Shown: piece by piece, positions 8,466-18,539 of the stretch | Position numbering within the stretch: position 1 is the stretch's first letter | Layout: each line of letters opens with the position of its first letter | DNA from: a virus | Lineage: Duplodnaviria; Caudoviricetes | Length of the DNA: 63,211 bases | IMG/VR virus record: IMGVR_UViG_3300047554_000382 | Location: 1-63,211 of that record | Reading direction: 5' to 3' (one strand) | Translations under genes and position numbers: made by a program | Notes under the pieces: model-generated | Database searches by the model: none | What the model was told of the DNA's origin: nothing | The model's input: only the letters and a program-made list of their open reading frames with translations

Positions 8466-9463
8466 TGTCGTTTATTTTAGTTGATACTGCTAATACATTT
8501 TTTAGGGCAAGACATGTTGTCAGAGGAGATGCTGACATTAAACTTGGCATGGCGTTGCATATTACTTTCAACAGTATCAAAAAAGCATGGCAAGACTTCG
8601 GAGGCACTCATGTAGTGTTCTGCTTAGAAGGTCGGTCGTGGCGTAAGGATGTTTATAAGCCTTATAAGGCAAATCGCGCAGAAACCCGTGCGGCTATGAC
8701 TGTAAAAGAACAAGAAGAAGATAAACTCTTTTGGGAGACTTTTGATGCTTTCAAAGAGTTTATTGAAACTAAGACAAATTGTACAGTTTTGCGTCATCCA
8801 AATCTTGAAGCAGATGATCTTATCGCCGGCTTCATTCAAAGTCATCCCAACGATGATCATGTGATCATTTCGACAGACAGCGACTTCCATCAGTTGATTG
8901 CTCCAAATGTCAAACAGTATAACGGTGTAGCAGATACGCTAACTACACACGAAGGAGTCTTTGACAAAAAAGGTAAAGCAGTAATAGATAAGAAAACTAA
9001 AGAGGCTATTCCTGCGCCTGATACACAATGGATTCTGTTTGAAAAGTGTATGCGTGGCGACTCTAGCGATAATGTTTTTTCAGCATATCCCGGTGTGCGT
9101 ACTAAAGGTACAAAAAATAAAGTAGGTCTTCAAGAAGCATTTCAAGATAGAAATTCTAAAGGTTGGGCATGGAACAATCTCATGCTTCAGCGTTGGGTCG
9201 ACCACGAAGGTCAAGAACATCGTGTCCTAGACGACTACAATCGAAATGTTCAGTTAATCGACTTAACTGCACAACCCAATGATGTTAAACAAATGATTAA
9301 CGAAACTATCGAATCACAAACTAAGGAACCTAAAAATATCAGCCAGGTTGGTATTAGGTTATTAAAGTTCTGCAATCTTTACGATATGAAAAAAATCTCA
9401 GACTCAATACAGCAATATGCAGAACCATTCCAAGCAAGATATCCCAGCGGAGGAACAAAATGA
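8465..9463 (+). CDS. rnh: T4-type RNase H / 5'-3' flap exonuclease
   Basis: LVDTAN, WRKDVYKPYKANR, LEADDLIA, ISTDSDF, GDSSDNV. Confidence 0.9.
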   Translation: MSFILVDTANTFFRARHVVRGDADIKLGMALHITFNSIKKAWQDFGGTHVVFCLEGRSWRKDVYKPYKANRAETRAAMTVKEQEEDKLFWETFDAFKEFIETKTNCTVLRHPNLEADDLIAGFIQSHPNDDHVIISTDSDFHQLIAPNVKQYNGVADTLTTHEGVFDKKGKAVIDKKTKEAIPAPDTQWILFEKCMRGDSSDNVFSAYPGVRTKGTKNKVGLQEAFQDRNSKGWAWNNLMLQRWVDHEGQEHRVLDDYNRNVQLIDLTAQPNDVKQMINETIESQTKEPKNISQVGIRLLKFCNLYDMKKISDSIQQYAEPFQARYPSGGTK

Positions 9464-9939
9464 ATTTTAAAGCTAAACCAGTAGTTGACGGTAAATTTTG
9501 GATCGTTGAAGAAGACGGCGAGAAAATCGGCATCCTACATAAAAAAGAAAATAACAAATTTATGCTAAGTGCCAAAGGTGGCGAAAAGTATTTCAACAAA
9601 AAAGATGAGCTAACAAAACTATTTGGTAAAGACTTCTTTCAATCTAGTGTTAAGACTACGATTAGTTCTCAAGAAGACAATCGAGATGTTTATGGTTATC
9701 CAACTAGTTGCTATCCATATAATCCGCTATTCAATGTACAGAAGAAATTGCCACTTTTTACCAAAAGCTCTGCTAGCAAGAGCTTATATTGTGCAGGATA
9801 TTACACAATTAAATTTGACAAAGGATGGGTTAAGAGCTTTTGTCCTAAACTTATTACCTTAGAAAGATATCCGTTTAAAGGTCCTTTTAAAACTGAAATG
9901 GAAATGAAACAGGTGCTATCAAATGCCAAATCCGATTAA
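9460..9939 (+). CDS. conserved phage hypothetical protein
   Basis: ATGA overlap with rnh and GGAGG ribosome-binding site. Confidence 0.65.
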   Translation: MNFKAKPVVDGKFWIVEEDGEKIGILHKKENNKFMLSAKGGEKYFNKKDELTKLFGKDFFQSSVKTTISSQEDNRDVYGYPTSCYPYNPLFNVQKKLPLFTKSSASKSLYCAGYYTIKFDKGWVKSFCPKLITLERYPFKGPFKTEMEMKQVLSNAKSD

Positions 9940-10162
9940 TACCATACCTATCCAGCAATTTATACAGCAGGTTAAAGCCGCAGACCTAAGCCAGCAACGA
10001 GAAATTAAATTAGACATTAAAACTGCTAAAGCATTGGCTTTTTGTCTAGGGGAAGTATCTGCTAAACTTCTTGAAGATTACGATACAATTTTGCGTAAAC
10101 TAGAACAAAGTTCTGGCGGCTCAGTTACTATACAGATGGACGGTGGCGGTTTTTCATCATAA
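9923..10162 (+). CDS. hypothetical protein
   Basis: Operonic overlap with the upstream gene. Confidence 0.6.
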   Translation: MPNPINTIPIQQFIQQVKAADLSQQREIKLDIKTAKALAFCLGEVSAKLLEDYDTILRKLEQSSGGSVTIQMDGGGFSS

Positions 10163-10167
10163 AAAAG

Positions 10168-10188
10168 ATAAATATATGCGTACTTAAT
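10168..10188 (+). promoter_or_regulatory. late-promoter box plus recurrent ~18-bp motif
   Basis: ATAAATA (10168-10174) followed by TGCGTACTTAAT (10177-10188), which is identical to 48128-48139. Confidence 0.55.
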
Positions 10189-10201
10189 ATAGGACGTATA
10201 T

Positions 10202-10486
10202 ATGTCAAGACCGAAGCCGAAAGTATTACTAGAGCACATAAACAAAAAGAATTACAAAAGCGAGCAAGTACTCGAGGCCGATGCCATCTGGGCAGTGTTC
10301 TATAAAGGACAGCCATTTAATCTAAAATCGGCTAATAGTCTTACTAGCTATCCAGGGCCTAAGTATAAAAAAGTTAGTTTCTCTAATCCTGGCCATGCAC
10401 ACAATCTTGCTAAAAAGTTAAATCGTCTTTTCAACTGCGAGGATTTTGCAGTGGTTAAATTAACTTCTGGCGAGATTATTAAATGA
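10202..10486 (+). CDS. conserved phage hypothetical protein (basic)
   Basis: AGGA ribosome-binding site; MSRPKP...YPGPKYKK. Confidence 0.65.
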   Translation: MSRPKPKVLLEHINKKNYKSEQVLEADAIWAVFYKGQPFNLKSANSLTSYPGPKYKKVSFSNPGHAHNLAKKLNRLFNCEDFAVVKLTSGEIIK

Positions 10487-10887
10487 TTTCAAAAGAAACA
10501 TTTACAAAAATTTTTTTAAAACAAAAAGACTACAGTATAGATCCGGCTAATGTCAAGCTACATCTATACAAGTGGTGGCAAAGCCATCGCAGTAAAGACA
10601 GTGGTGGCCTAAGGCTAAGTGATGATGGTCTTAAATTTCTAATAGAAGAATTGGAATTGAAATCTTATGAAATTCCGTTTACTGAGCCAATCGATCTAAG
10701 TCCCCAAACTATCATATTCTTTGATAGAAATATGGACTATCCATATCATTTAACCAATCATTCCATAACCGTTTTTTCGGAAAAAAAGTCGTTTGAGCTT
10801 TATATGTTTTCGGATGACATTCGAAAATATGGGCTCGTTAAAGCTATGAATCGCCAAAAGAAAGATAGCCAAACGGACGAAGAATAA
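10483..10887 (+). CDS. hypothetical protein
   Basis: ATGA overlap with the upstream gene. Confidence 0.65.
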   Translation: MISKETFTKIFLKQKDYSIDPANVKLHLYKWWQSHRSKDSGGLRLSDDGLKFLIEELELKSYEIPFTEPIDLSPQTIIFFDRNMDYPYHLTNHSITVFSEKKSFELYMFSDDIRKYGLVKAMNRQKKDSQTDEE

Positions 10888-10899
10888 TTAAAAAATCCG

Positions 10900-10928
10900 T
10901 TGACTTCCTAGTTTCTTTCCCGTATAAT
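10900..10928 (+). promoter_or_regulatory. sigma70-type promoter
   Basis: TTGACT (10900-10905), 17 nt, TATAAT (10923-10928); A-rich upstream. Confidence 0.8.
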
Positions 10929-10976
10929 ACATACATAGACAGTTACTTCAACTTTTTCATCAACTAGGAGTTTTCA

Positions 10977-12068
10977 ATGAGCGAAGTCATTACCCGTCAA
11001 GTAGGCCCCAAATCTGCTAAGAAAAGCCTGCGCCGTGCTTTTAAAGCCCAACGTCCAGTATTCCTTTGGGGTCCTCCGGGCATTGGTAAATCCGATATCG
11101 TCAAGCAACTTGGCGAAGAGCTCGAAGCTCATGTTATTGATATCCGTTTGAGTCTTTGGGAACCAACTGACATTAAGGGTATCCCTTACTTTGATAGCAA
11201 TGCCAGCAAAATGGTTTGGGCACCCCCTGGTGAGTTGCCCGATGCCGAGTTGGCAGAGAAACATAGCAAAATCATTCTGTTCATGGATGAAATGAACTCT
11301 GCGGCTCCTGCCGTACAAGCGGCGGCTTATCAGTTAGTTCTTAACCGCAAGGTTGGTACTTATAAACTGCCAGACAACGTTCTGATTGTTGCGGCTGGTA
11401 ACCGTGAAAGCGACAAAGGCGTTACTTACCGTATGCCTGCTCCGTTGGCTAACCGCTTCGTTCACTTGGAAATGCGTGTAGACTGGGATGACTACTTTAG
11501 CTGGGCTACCGAAAATCGTATCCACAAAGACGTAGTTGGTTTCCTTACTTTCTCTAAGAAAGACTTATACGACTTTGATCCTAAATCCGCAAGTCGTGCC
11601 TTTGCAACTCCGCGTTCTTGGACCTTTGTGTCTGAGCTGTTGTTTGATGACGACGAAGACGAAGGCACTTTGACTGATTTGATTTCAGGTGCAGTTGGCG
11701 AAGGTCTTGCAGTTAAGTTCATGGCACACCGCAAGGTTGCAGGTCAGCTTCCTGATCCTCAAGATATCCTTAAGGGCAAAGTTAAAAAGATGGACACCAA
11801 AGAAATCTCTGCGATGTACTCATTGACTGTTAGTCTCTGCTATGAACTCAAAGATGCTTCAGATAAGAACGCTAAAGATTGGAACGACCAAGTAAACTGT
11901 TTCTTTGAGTTTATGATGAACAATTTTGAAACTGAATTGGTTGTTATGGGTACCAAACTTGCTCTTACTCAATATCAACTGCCGTTGGATCCAGACGAGA
12001 TCAAATGCTTTGATGACTTCCATGCCAAATATGGTAAGTATATTGCGGCCGCAACAGACCGCAATTAA
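10977..12068 (+). CDS. MoxR-like AAA+ ATPase
   Basis: Walker A GPPGIGKS, Walker B ILFMDE, sensor AAGNR, arginine finger PLANRF, TPRSW. Confidence 0.9.
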   Translation: MSEVITRQVGPKSAKKSLRRAFKAQRPVFLWGPPGIGKSDIVKQLGEELEAHVIDIRLSLWEPTDIKGIPYFDSNASKMVWAPPGELPDAELAEKHSKIILFMDEMNSAAPAVQAAAYQLVLNRKVGTYKLPDNVLIVAAGNRESDKGVTYRMPAPLANRFVHLEMRVDWDDYFSWATENRIHKDVVGFLTFSKKDLYDFDPKSASRAFATPRSWTFVSELLFDDDEDEGTLTDLISGAVGEGLAVKFMAHRKVAGQLPDPQDILKGKVKKMDTKEISAMYSLTVSLCYELKDASDKNAKDWNDQVNCFFEFMMNNFETELVVMGTKLALTQYQLPLDPDEIKCFDDFHAKYGKYIAAATDRN

Positions 12069-12082
12069 GAGTCCAAAACAAA

Positions 12083-12128
12083 TTGACAGGACCTTCGGGT
12101 CCTGTTATAATATATACATTAGTAAATA
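12083..12128 (+). promoter_or_regulatory. consensus sigma70 promoter whose spacer is a cUUCGg hairpin, with a TAAATA box downstream
   Basis: TTGACA (12083-12088), 17 nt, TATAAT (12106-12111) with extended TG; ACAGGACC-TTCG-GGTCCTGT (12086-12105); TAAATA 12123-12128. Confidence 0.8.
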
Positions 12129-12142
12129 CTTTGGAGCAGAAT

Positions 12143-13315
12143 ATGTCTAGTTACATGGACCCAATCGTAGATAAAATCGTAGTAGCCAGAGTTGGTCTAC
12201 TGCTTCGTCATCCATTCTTTGGTAACATGGCTACCCGTCTTAAAATTCAAGACGCTAGTGAGTGGTGCCAAACTGCCGCAACAGATGGGCGCCATCTTTA
12301 TTACAATCGAGACTTCTTTTCCGATCTAACTCCTAAACAAGTTGAGTTTGTTGTAGCACACGAAATTCTGCATAATGTTTTTGAACACATGCTACGCAAC
12401 GAAGGTCGAAATCGTAATATTTGGAACATCGCCGCAGACTATGCTGTTAACGGACAATTGGTTCGAGATCGTATTGGTGAAGTTCCCCCAAAGATTAAAA
12501 TTTTCCACGACGCTCAACACTACGGTAAAAGCACCGAGCAGATCTATGACGAGATCTACGAAGACATGGACGAACAAGAACTTGCCGCATTAGGTCAACT
12601 TCTTGACGATCACATTGACTGGGAGAAAGAAGGAAAAAATGGTCAGCCTTCTTATTCCAAAGAAGATCTTAAAAAGATTCGAGACGAGATTAAAGAAGCG
12701 ACTATGCAAGCGGCACAGGCCGCAGGTGCTGGTAATGTTCCTGCAAATATCGCTAGGATGATCAGAGAGCTCACTGAGCCTAAAATGAACTGGCGTGAAA
12801 TCCTGCGCCAGCAAATCCAAAGCACTATTAAGAACGACTATACATTTATTCGTCCTAACCGTAAGGCTTGGCATATGAATGCTATCTTGCCTGGTACTAA
12901 CTACGACGAAACAATTGATATCTGTGTTTCAATTGATATGTCGGGCTCCATTGGCGATGATCAGGCTAAAGATTTTATGAGCGAGATCAAAGGCATTATG
13001 GACGAGTACAAAGACTACAAAATTAAATTGTGGTGTTTTGACACGCGAGTCTATAACGAAGAAGACTTTGACGGCTATGGTAAAGATATCATGGAGTATG
13101 AAGTTGCCGGCGGCGGTGGAACCGATTTCATGTGTAACTGGGAATACATGAAAGAACACGACATCAATCCTAAGAAATTTATCATGTTCACAGATGGATA
13201 TCCTTGGGATTCTTGGGGTGATCCAGATTACTGCGATACGGTATTCATTATTCACGGTAATGATACTATTGTTCCACCGTTTGGTGCCCACGCATACTAC
13301 GAATTTAAAAAATAA
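12143..13315 (+). CDS. HExxH metallopeptidase-like + VWA domain protein (DUF2201-like)
   Basis: TAATDG, HEILH, WNIAADY; MIDAS motif IDMSGS, GGGTDF, MFTDG; GGAG ribosome-binding site before ATG 12143. Confidence 0.85.
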   Translation: MSSYMDPIVDKIVVARVGLLLRHPFFGNMATRLKIQDASEWCQTAATDGRHLYYNRDFFSDLTPKQVEFVVAHEILHNVFEHMLRNEGRNRNIWNIAADYAVNGQLVRDRIGEVPPKIKIFHDAQHYGKSTEQIYDEIYEDMDEQELAALGQLLDDHIDWEKEGKNGQPSYSKEDLKKIRDEIKEATMQAAQAAGAGNVPANIARMIRELTEPKMNWREILRQQIQSTIKNDYTFIRPNRKAWHMNAILPGTNYDETIDICVSIDMSGSIGDDQAKDFMSEIKGIMDEYKDYKIKLWCFDTRVYNEEDFDGYGKDIMEYEVAGGGGTDFMCNWEYMKEHDINPKKFIMFTDGYPWDSWGDPDYCDTVFIIHGNDTIVPPFGAHAYYEFKK

Positions 13316-13320
13316 GGTCT

Positions 13321-13342
13321 AGGGGGCTTAGTCCCCCTTTTT
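13321..13342 (+). terminator. rho-independent terminator
   Basis: AGGGGG-CTTAGT-CCCCCT stem-loop followed by a T run, just after the VWA gene stop. Confidence 0.75.
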
Positions 13343-13345
13343 ATT

Positions 13346-13624
13346 ATGGCTATTAAAAACGGTACAGTAAATCCTTTAAACGTATTAGAAATAAGAAAAT
13401 CTAAATTTCCTGCTAGGCATTTTCATTATACGAAAGTCTTTAGGTATTCCCCATCGCTAGTCCAACAAATAGATAATTGGATTTATAACAATCTAAACAG
13501 TAGATACTACGTCGGGCAAGGACTAGATCTGGTAGATAACACTATTATCTACGTTACTAAAATCGGCTTTGAAAGCGAAAAAGAACTCAGCTTCTTCAGA
13601 CTTGCCTGTCCACATTTAGCCTGA
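13346..13624 (+). CDS. hypothetical protein
   Basis: ORF fills the gap; GFESEKELSFF C-terminus. Confidence 0.6.
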   Translation: MAIKNGTVNPLNVLEIRKSKFPARHFHYTKVFRYSPSLVQQIDNWIYNNLNSRYYVGQGLDLVDNTIIYVTKIGFESEKELSFFRLACPHLA

Positions 13625-13666
13625 CTGATAAATTATATGCATATATAACTCATATAAGGAGGCCTT

Positions 13667-13897
13667 ATGACCGAAGAAACTAAACAACCCGAAACAGCGG
13701 CACAAACCGCACCCGCACAAGAACCGCAATCTGAAGCGGATTTAACAATCAGCGATCTTAATGCTATGAAAATGATCATCGATGTTGCTAGCCAGCGCGG
13801 CGCATTTAAACCAAGTGAAATGGTAGTAGTTGGTCAAACATACAATAAACTATCTGCATTTTTAGCAGCCGCTGGTAAACCACAACAAGGAGCCTAA
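13667..13897 (+). CDS. conserved phage hypothetical protein
   Basis: Strong AAGGAGG ribosome-binding site; IIDVASQRGAFK. Confidence 0.7.
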   Translation: MTEETKQPETAAQTAPAQEPQSEADLTISDLNAMKMIIDVASQRGAFKPSEMVVVGQTYNKLSAFLAAAGKPQQGA

Positions 13898-13898
13898 T

Positions 13899-14525
13899 AT
13901 GGCGAACGATCTAAAACACGTAGGTAGAGTAGTAAACACTGGAAGAAAATGTCTAGTAGCATTTAGAACACTACCGGGTGATGCTTTTAATTGTCTAGTA
14001 GTACAGACTGAATTATTAGATCCATCACAACATGATGCAATCATTAGCTTGGTTGAATCTAATGCTTCACAGACTGCGTTTGAGTTTGGCGAAGTTCTAG
14101 GAAGATCATATTTCCCAGACGGAAGTCCAATGCTAGCATCTTTACACGTTAAAGGTCTATTAGGAAAGTTTCCTACAGATCAAATCGAAATGATGCCAAA
14201 TATGCATGCTACAATTTTGTTGTCCGAACTTAATCAACTAATTGCAGAGCAACAAGGTGTAAGCGTTCAAGACCTCGCTATCAAAGCAACTGTTAAAGAA
14301 AATACAGAAGTACAAGAATTAGCACAGGTCAGAGACATTACTCCGCCGCAGGGAAACACAGATCCGATCGCAGATCAACCGGTAGTGAACAAAAATCTAA
14401 GTCCCGAAGATCAAGCTAAAGAATATAGATCAAAAGCTGATAAACTATCTAAAGAAGCCGCTCAGTTTAGAAGAATGGCTGAAGATCTTGCACCTACAAA
14501 GAAAAAGGTCGTTAAAGAAGCGTGA
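13899..14525 (+). CDS. hypothetical protein
   Basis: AAGGAG ribosome-binding site; C-terminal coiled coil. Confidence 0.7.
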   Translation: MANDLKHVGRVVNTGRKCLVAFRTLPGDAFNCLVVQTELLDPSQHDAIISLVESNASQTAFEFGEVLGRSYFPDGSPMLASLHVKGLLGKFPTDQIEMMPNMHATILLSELNQLIAEQQGVSVQDLAIKATVKENTEVQELAQVRDITPPQGNTDPIADQPVVNKNLSPEDQAKEYRSKADKLSKEAAQFRRMAEDLAPTKKKVVKEA

Positions 14526-14842
14526 CTACAGGGAAAACATTTCCCAAAGATATAATTGAAAGATGGCCTGAAGTTTTTGGAGAGATCACATTAAACGTGA
14601 TTCCGTTAAGGTATTTGGAATCCGTTACTGTGACCTTCAAAAACAAAAAGATTTGGGAAATTAACATGGCTAGTAGGCGTGTACGAGAAGACTGGGATTC
14701 TTTCGAATCTAGTCTTAAAGAAATGCTGGCCGCATACGAAAGCGAAATTGAAAATGTTGACTTTAAGCTCGACACTGAACGAGTAAAAAAAGACATGATA
14801 AAAAACACAAATAAGTTTTTAAAGAGAAAAAAATTAAGATGA
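14522..14842 (+). CDS. hypothetical protein
   Basis: GTGA and ATGA overlaps on both sides. Confidence 0.6.
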   Translation: MTTGKTFPKDIIERWPEVFGEITLNVIPLRYLESVTVTFKNKKIWEINMASRRVREDWDSFESSLKEMLAAYESEIENVDFKLDTERVKKDMIKNTNKFLKRKKLR

Positions 14843-15498
14843 AAGTTAAATTAGTTTCTTATAGCCAACCCACAGAAGAATTTAAAAACGAAGGCATTGA
14901 CGATGTCCAAGAACTCATCGCGTATTGCGCCCGTGTGTCCAATCCAGCCAACCAATACAACACAGAAACATCCGAAAAACTCATCAGATACTTGGTCAGA
15001 CACCAACACTGGAGCCCACTCGAAATGGCCTCAGCCTGCATCGAAATCGAAACTACCCGAGACATCGCAAGACAAATCTTGCGACACAGAAGTTTTAGCT
15101 TCCAAGAGTTCAGTCAGCGATATGCTGACCCTACTCAAGACCTCGATTTCGTTCTTAGAGAAGCAAGGCTACAAGACAATAAAAACAGACAAAACTCAAT
15201 AGAAACTAGTGATGTAGAGTTAAAAGCATGGTGGGATGCTCAACAAAAATTTATCATCGAAAGTGTTCGAAGAATCTATTCTGAAGCGATCGGAAAAGGC
15301 ATTGCTAAAGAACAAGCCCGTGCTATTTTGCCTGAAGGTAATACTGTAAGTCGCTTGTATATGAACGGGACGCTACGTTCATGGATTCACTTTATTGAAC
15401 TTCGATCCGGTAACGGCACACAACTAGAACATCAAGAAATAGCCAAAGCATGTGCTAGTGTTATTTCTAAAATCTATCCTATGGCTGTGAGTCAATGA
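14839..15498 (+). CDS. thyX: flavin-dependent thymidylate synthase
   Basis: ThyX motif RHRSFSFQEFSQRY; HWSPLE; EQARAILP. Confidence 0.95.
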   Translation: MKVKLVSYSQPTEEFKNEGIDDVQELIAYCARVSNPANQYNTETSEKLIRYLVRHQHWSPLEMASACIEIETTRDIARQILRHRSFSFQEFSQRYADPTQDLDFVLREARLQDNKNRQNSIETSDVELKAWWDAQQKFIIESVRRIYSEAIGKGIAKEQARAILPEGNTVSRLYMNGTLRSWIHFIELRSGNGTQLEHQEIAKACASVISKIYPMAVSQ

Positions 15499-16364
15499 AA
15501 TTCTATGTTGAATTTAAGAATGATCAGCATGAGCTAACTCTTGAATTCGAAACTTACGAAACGCCCATTGCAAAAAAATGGGCGGCTGAACTAGAATCTC
15601 AACTGATTAGAAATTCCACGCTTAAAGAAAATAATAGGCTGTATCAATTTCCTAATCAAAATTCTCTAACTGATATTGTACAAGAATTAAAAAATAGAGC
15701 TGATAAGATCAATTCTTATCAGTTTTATATTCCCGACACAATCGACGATTCTATAAATCAAGACACGCTTAATCAATTACACAAATATTTTGAGGAGATG
15801 CGTGGTGGTATACTGAGCCCAGGTGAATACTATACGAGTGCGCCAGAAGATATTAAAACTGCCATCGAAGACTATAATGTCTTGATTCACAAAATTGAAG
15901 ACAAGCTAAACGCAGATCGTAGAGGAATCTCAAGACCTCGAATAGTAATGACCTTTAAAGATAGACAAAGACACGAACTGCAAGACGAAGACTATGATCA
16001 GTTTAGCTTAGATATAAAATTTGGAGAGGTATATGTTAATTACTGCGAAGTTGGAAAACCTCTTTGGGACGTATTTAAAGATCAAGATCAAGTAGTTGGA
16101 GATCAAAATATTCGTCCCTTAAAATGGTATTCTGCGGATATGATGATTTATTTTTTTAACGGCGGTTATCGAAATAGATTAAATGAATTTTGGTCGTGGT
16201 GGGATCGTAATAGCAATCATCTTTCAACTTTAGGTTTTGAAAAATATAATAAAAAATTATCAATTGGTCATATTCCTGTAGCAAAATTAAATACTACAAT
16301 GTCGCCTAGAGACGTAATCAACGAAATATCTAAATTTAATTCAATCAATAGAGTGTACATATGA
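15495..16364 (+). CDS. hypothetical protein (radical SAM-associated)
   Basis: 289-aa ORF, ATGA-coupled to thyX and to the radical SAM gene. Confidence 0.65.
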   Translation: MKFYVEFKNDQHELTLEFETYETPIAKKWAAELESQLIRNSTLKENNRLYQFPNQNSLTDIVQELKNRADKINSYQFYIPDTIDDSINQDTLNQLHKYFEEMRGGILSPGEYYTSAPEDIKTAIEDYNVLIHKIEDKLNADRRGISRPRIVMTFKDRQRHELQDEDYDQFSLDIKFGEVYVNYCEVGKPLWDVFKDQDQVVGDQNIRPLKWYSADMMIYFFNGGYRNRLNEFWSWWDRNSNHLSTLGFEKYNKKLSIGHIPVAKLNTTMSPRDVINEISKFNSINRVYI

Positions 16365-17338
16365 AATTTAAAGGTATTGATATTATTAATATTAAAAATA
16401 CAGGACACACTACTATTGACTGGATCTTAGGAAATTACTGTAATTTTAAATGTTCTTATTGTTTTGGTGATCTAAATACAGGCACGTTTAGAGTGCCAAA
16501 AATAAATTCTGTCATCGAGAATAATATTAAACACCTAGTATCTGAATTGCATTCTATAGGCAAGAAAAAAATATCGTTCACGCTCGCCGGCGGCGAACCG
16601 ACTATGTATCACGATTTTAATCAGCTAACTACATTATTACAATCGTTTGGACCTGTTGCAATAATTACTAACGGTGCTAGGACTTTAGATTGGTGGAAAA
16701 ATAATCACAAGACATTAGATAAAGTCAGTATATCATATCATGTAGAATTTGCTGATTTATCGCATACATTAGATCTAATAGAACTGCTCTTAAATAGCTC
16801 CGATCTTTTTGTGTCTGTACATGTCATGATGCACGATAAAATGTTTGAAAAATCTATCGAGGCTGCTGAAACTTTTTCTCAAAAATTTCAAAATAGAGAT
16901 AACGTAAAAATAGAATTAAAATTACTTAGAAAATCTGATGGTTCAGTTGTTGACTATACATCCGAACAATTAGAAAAAATTAATTCTTTTAAGTTTCTTT
17001 CTGGAATAAAAACAACTCCCCATCACGGACATATCTCAACTTATCTTTTAGAAGACAATACAACACATAGACTTTCTCCTAGAGATATTAAAGATCTTTC
17101 TGGCTCTTTTAAAGGCTATGATTGCTTTGCACCACAAGAGTTTTTACAGATAAATCAATATGGTAATATCGGCGAGATGTCCTGCGGTCAATCATATAAT
17201 ACAACATGCAATATATATTCTGAAGACTTTTTAGAAAAGTTTAAAATTCCTAAAAATTCAGTAGTTTGCGAAAAAGATATTTGTGGATGTTTAGGATTAC
17301 TGTATTCGTCAAAGAATAAAACTACCAATAAGGTTTAA
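16361..17338 (+). CDS. radical SAM protein
   Basis: CNFKCSYC, AGGEPT, ITNG; C-terminal Cys cluster (C..C..CEKDICGC). Confidence 0.85.
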   Translation: MKFKGIDIINIKNTGHTTIDWILGNYCNFKCSYCFGDLNTGTFRVPKINSVIENNIKHLVSELHSIGKKKISFTLAGGEPTMYHDFNQLTTLLQSFGPVAIITNGARTLDWWKNNHKTLDKVSISYHVEFADLSHTLDLIELLLNSSDLFVSVHVMMHDKMFEKSIEAAETFSQKFQNRDNVKIELKLLRKSDGSVVDYTSEQLEKINSFKFLSGIKTTPHHGHISTYLLEDNTTHRLSPRDIKDLSGSFKGYDCFAPQEFLQINQYGNIGEMSCGQSYNTTCNIYSEDFLEKFKIPKNSVVCEKDICGCLGLLYSSKNKTTNKV

Positions 17339-18539
17339 ATTCTGGCAATATATCTAAAACGTTTGAATTAAAATGATTGTCCATTGACGTAATATAATTT
17401 TGAAATAGAACCCATTCTGTATCAAATAAATTTTTAGAATTCATAAAATTTATAATTTTCGATCCTTCGGTTATATCTGTAATATACGCAGGATCTGATC
17501 TATGTTTATTTTCAAAGGCATTCCATTTTTCTGTGATCTGTTCTTTAATAGCTTTAGGTAATAGCTGGCAATTCATTGGTCTAGGATATTGAACTATCGC
17601 CGGCTGAAATCTATTAAAATCAAATTGATGAAAATATTCTAATATTTCTGGTAGATAAAGAATATTTAAAATACTCACAGTTACATTAGAATTTAGCGTA
17701 ATGTTTGGATAACTTTTTAATCTTAGGATATTCTTTTCGACGTCTTTGAGATTTCCAGTTGTTCTTACATATTGATATAATTCAGGAGTGTGACCGTCAA
17801 TACTAGCACGTAACTCAATTCTTTTAAATTTCTTCCAGATGTCTAATAGATCATTGCCCTTATAATCTAACATGGTTAGGTTGGTAGCATAAAAAATAGT
17901 GATATGGTCTGCTTCCGGAAGTAATCGTGTTAAAAAATCATAGTGCTTAGGGCTGTACATCGGCTCTCCTCCGGAGATCCATAATCTTTTTATATTCGGA
18001 CTAAGCCTAACTATCTCGTCTAGCATTTTATCCGAAACTGATCCTCTGCCGGTAGTTAGATCAATTTTGTTGGCTGCACCATACAATTTCATTTCATTGT
18101 ACAGAGATTCGTCTTTCTTAACCGCATGTGCCCACTTATGACTAGAATGTGCTCCGCACATCTTGCAGGCTAGATTACAAATAGTATCGAACCTTATTTC
18201 AAGAAATTCTAAGTTTTCAATTGATAATTTTTTATGTTCTTTGTAAAAATTAACTATTTGATATAGTTCTTGTTTATCAGTGTTAGCAAGCTCTCGAATT
18301 CTAAGACTACTTGCACCACTAGATTCAAAATCCCAGCACTTCTTGCATCTAGGTGGTTGCTCACCGTTAATCAACGAATCTCTCAGTTTATTAACTTCCT
18401 CAGAATTCCAAATTTCTTCTAAACTCTTATTTCTATCGTTTGAATAAAAATCAACATCCATACAACATGCAGAAACTTTTCCTGCTGATTTTAAATTTAA
18501 GTGTTTAAAAGGTAGTGGACAAAAACTATTTGAGATCAT
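17322..18539 (-). CDS. radical SAM protein with N-terminal twitch/SPASM-like domain
   Basis: N-terminal CPLPF...ACC...CKKC; CNLACKMC; SGGEPM; ATNLT; ASIDG. Confidence 0.85.
   Translation of the reverse strand: MISNSFCPLPFKHLNLKSAGKVSACCMDVDFYSNDRNKSLEEIWNSEEVNKLRDSLINGEQPPRCKKCWDFESSGASSLRIRELANTDKQELYQIVNFYKEHKKLSIENLEFLEIRFDTICNLACKMCGAHSSHKWAHAVKKDESLYNEMKLYGAANKIDLTTGRGSVSDKMLDEIVRLSPNIKRLWISGGEPMYSPKHYDFLTRLLPEADHITIFYATNLTMLDYKGNDLLDIWKKFKRIELRASIDGHTPELYQYVRTTGNLKDVEKNILRLKSYPNITLNSNVTVSILNILYLPEILEYFHQFDFNRFQPAIVQYPRPMNCQLLPKAIKEQITEKWNAFENKHRSDPAYITDITEGSKIINFMNSKNLFDTEWVLFQNYITSMDNHFNSNVLDILPEFKPYW

Noticed and set aside
12083-12142. TTG start at 12083 for the VWA gene, as given in the ORF track
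   Set aside because: That TTG is the -35 box; ATG 12143 has a GGAG ribosome-binding site.
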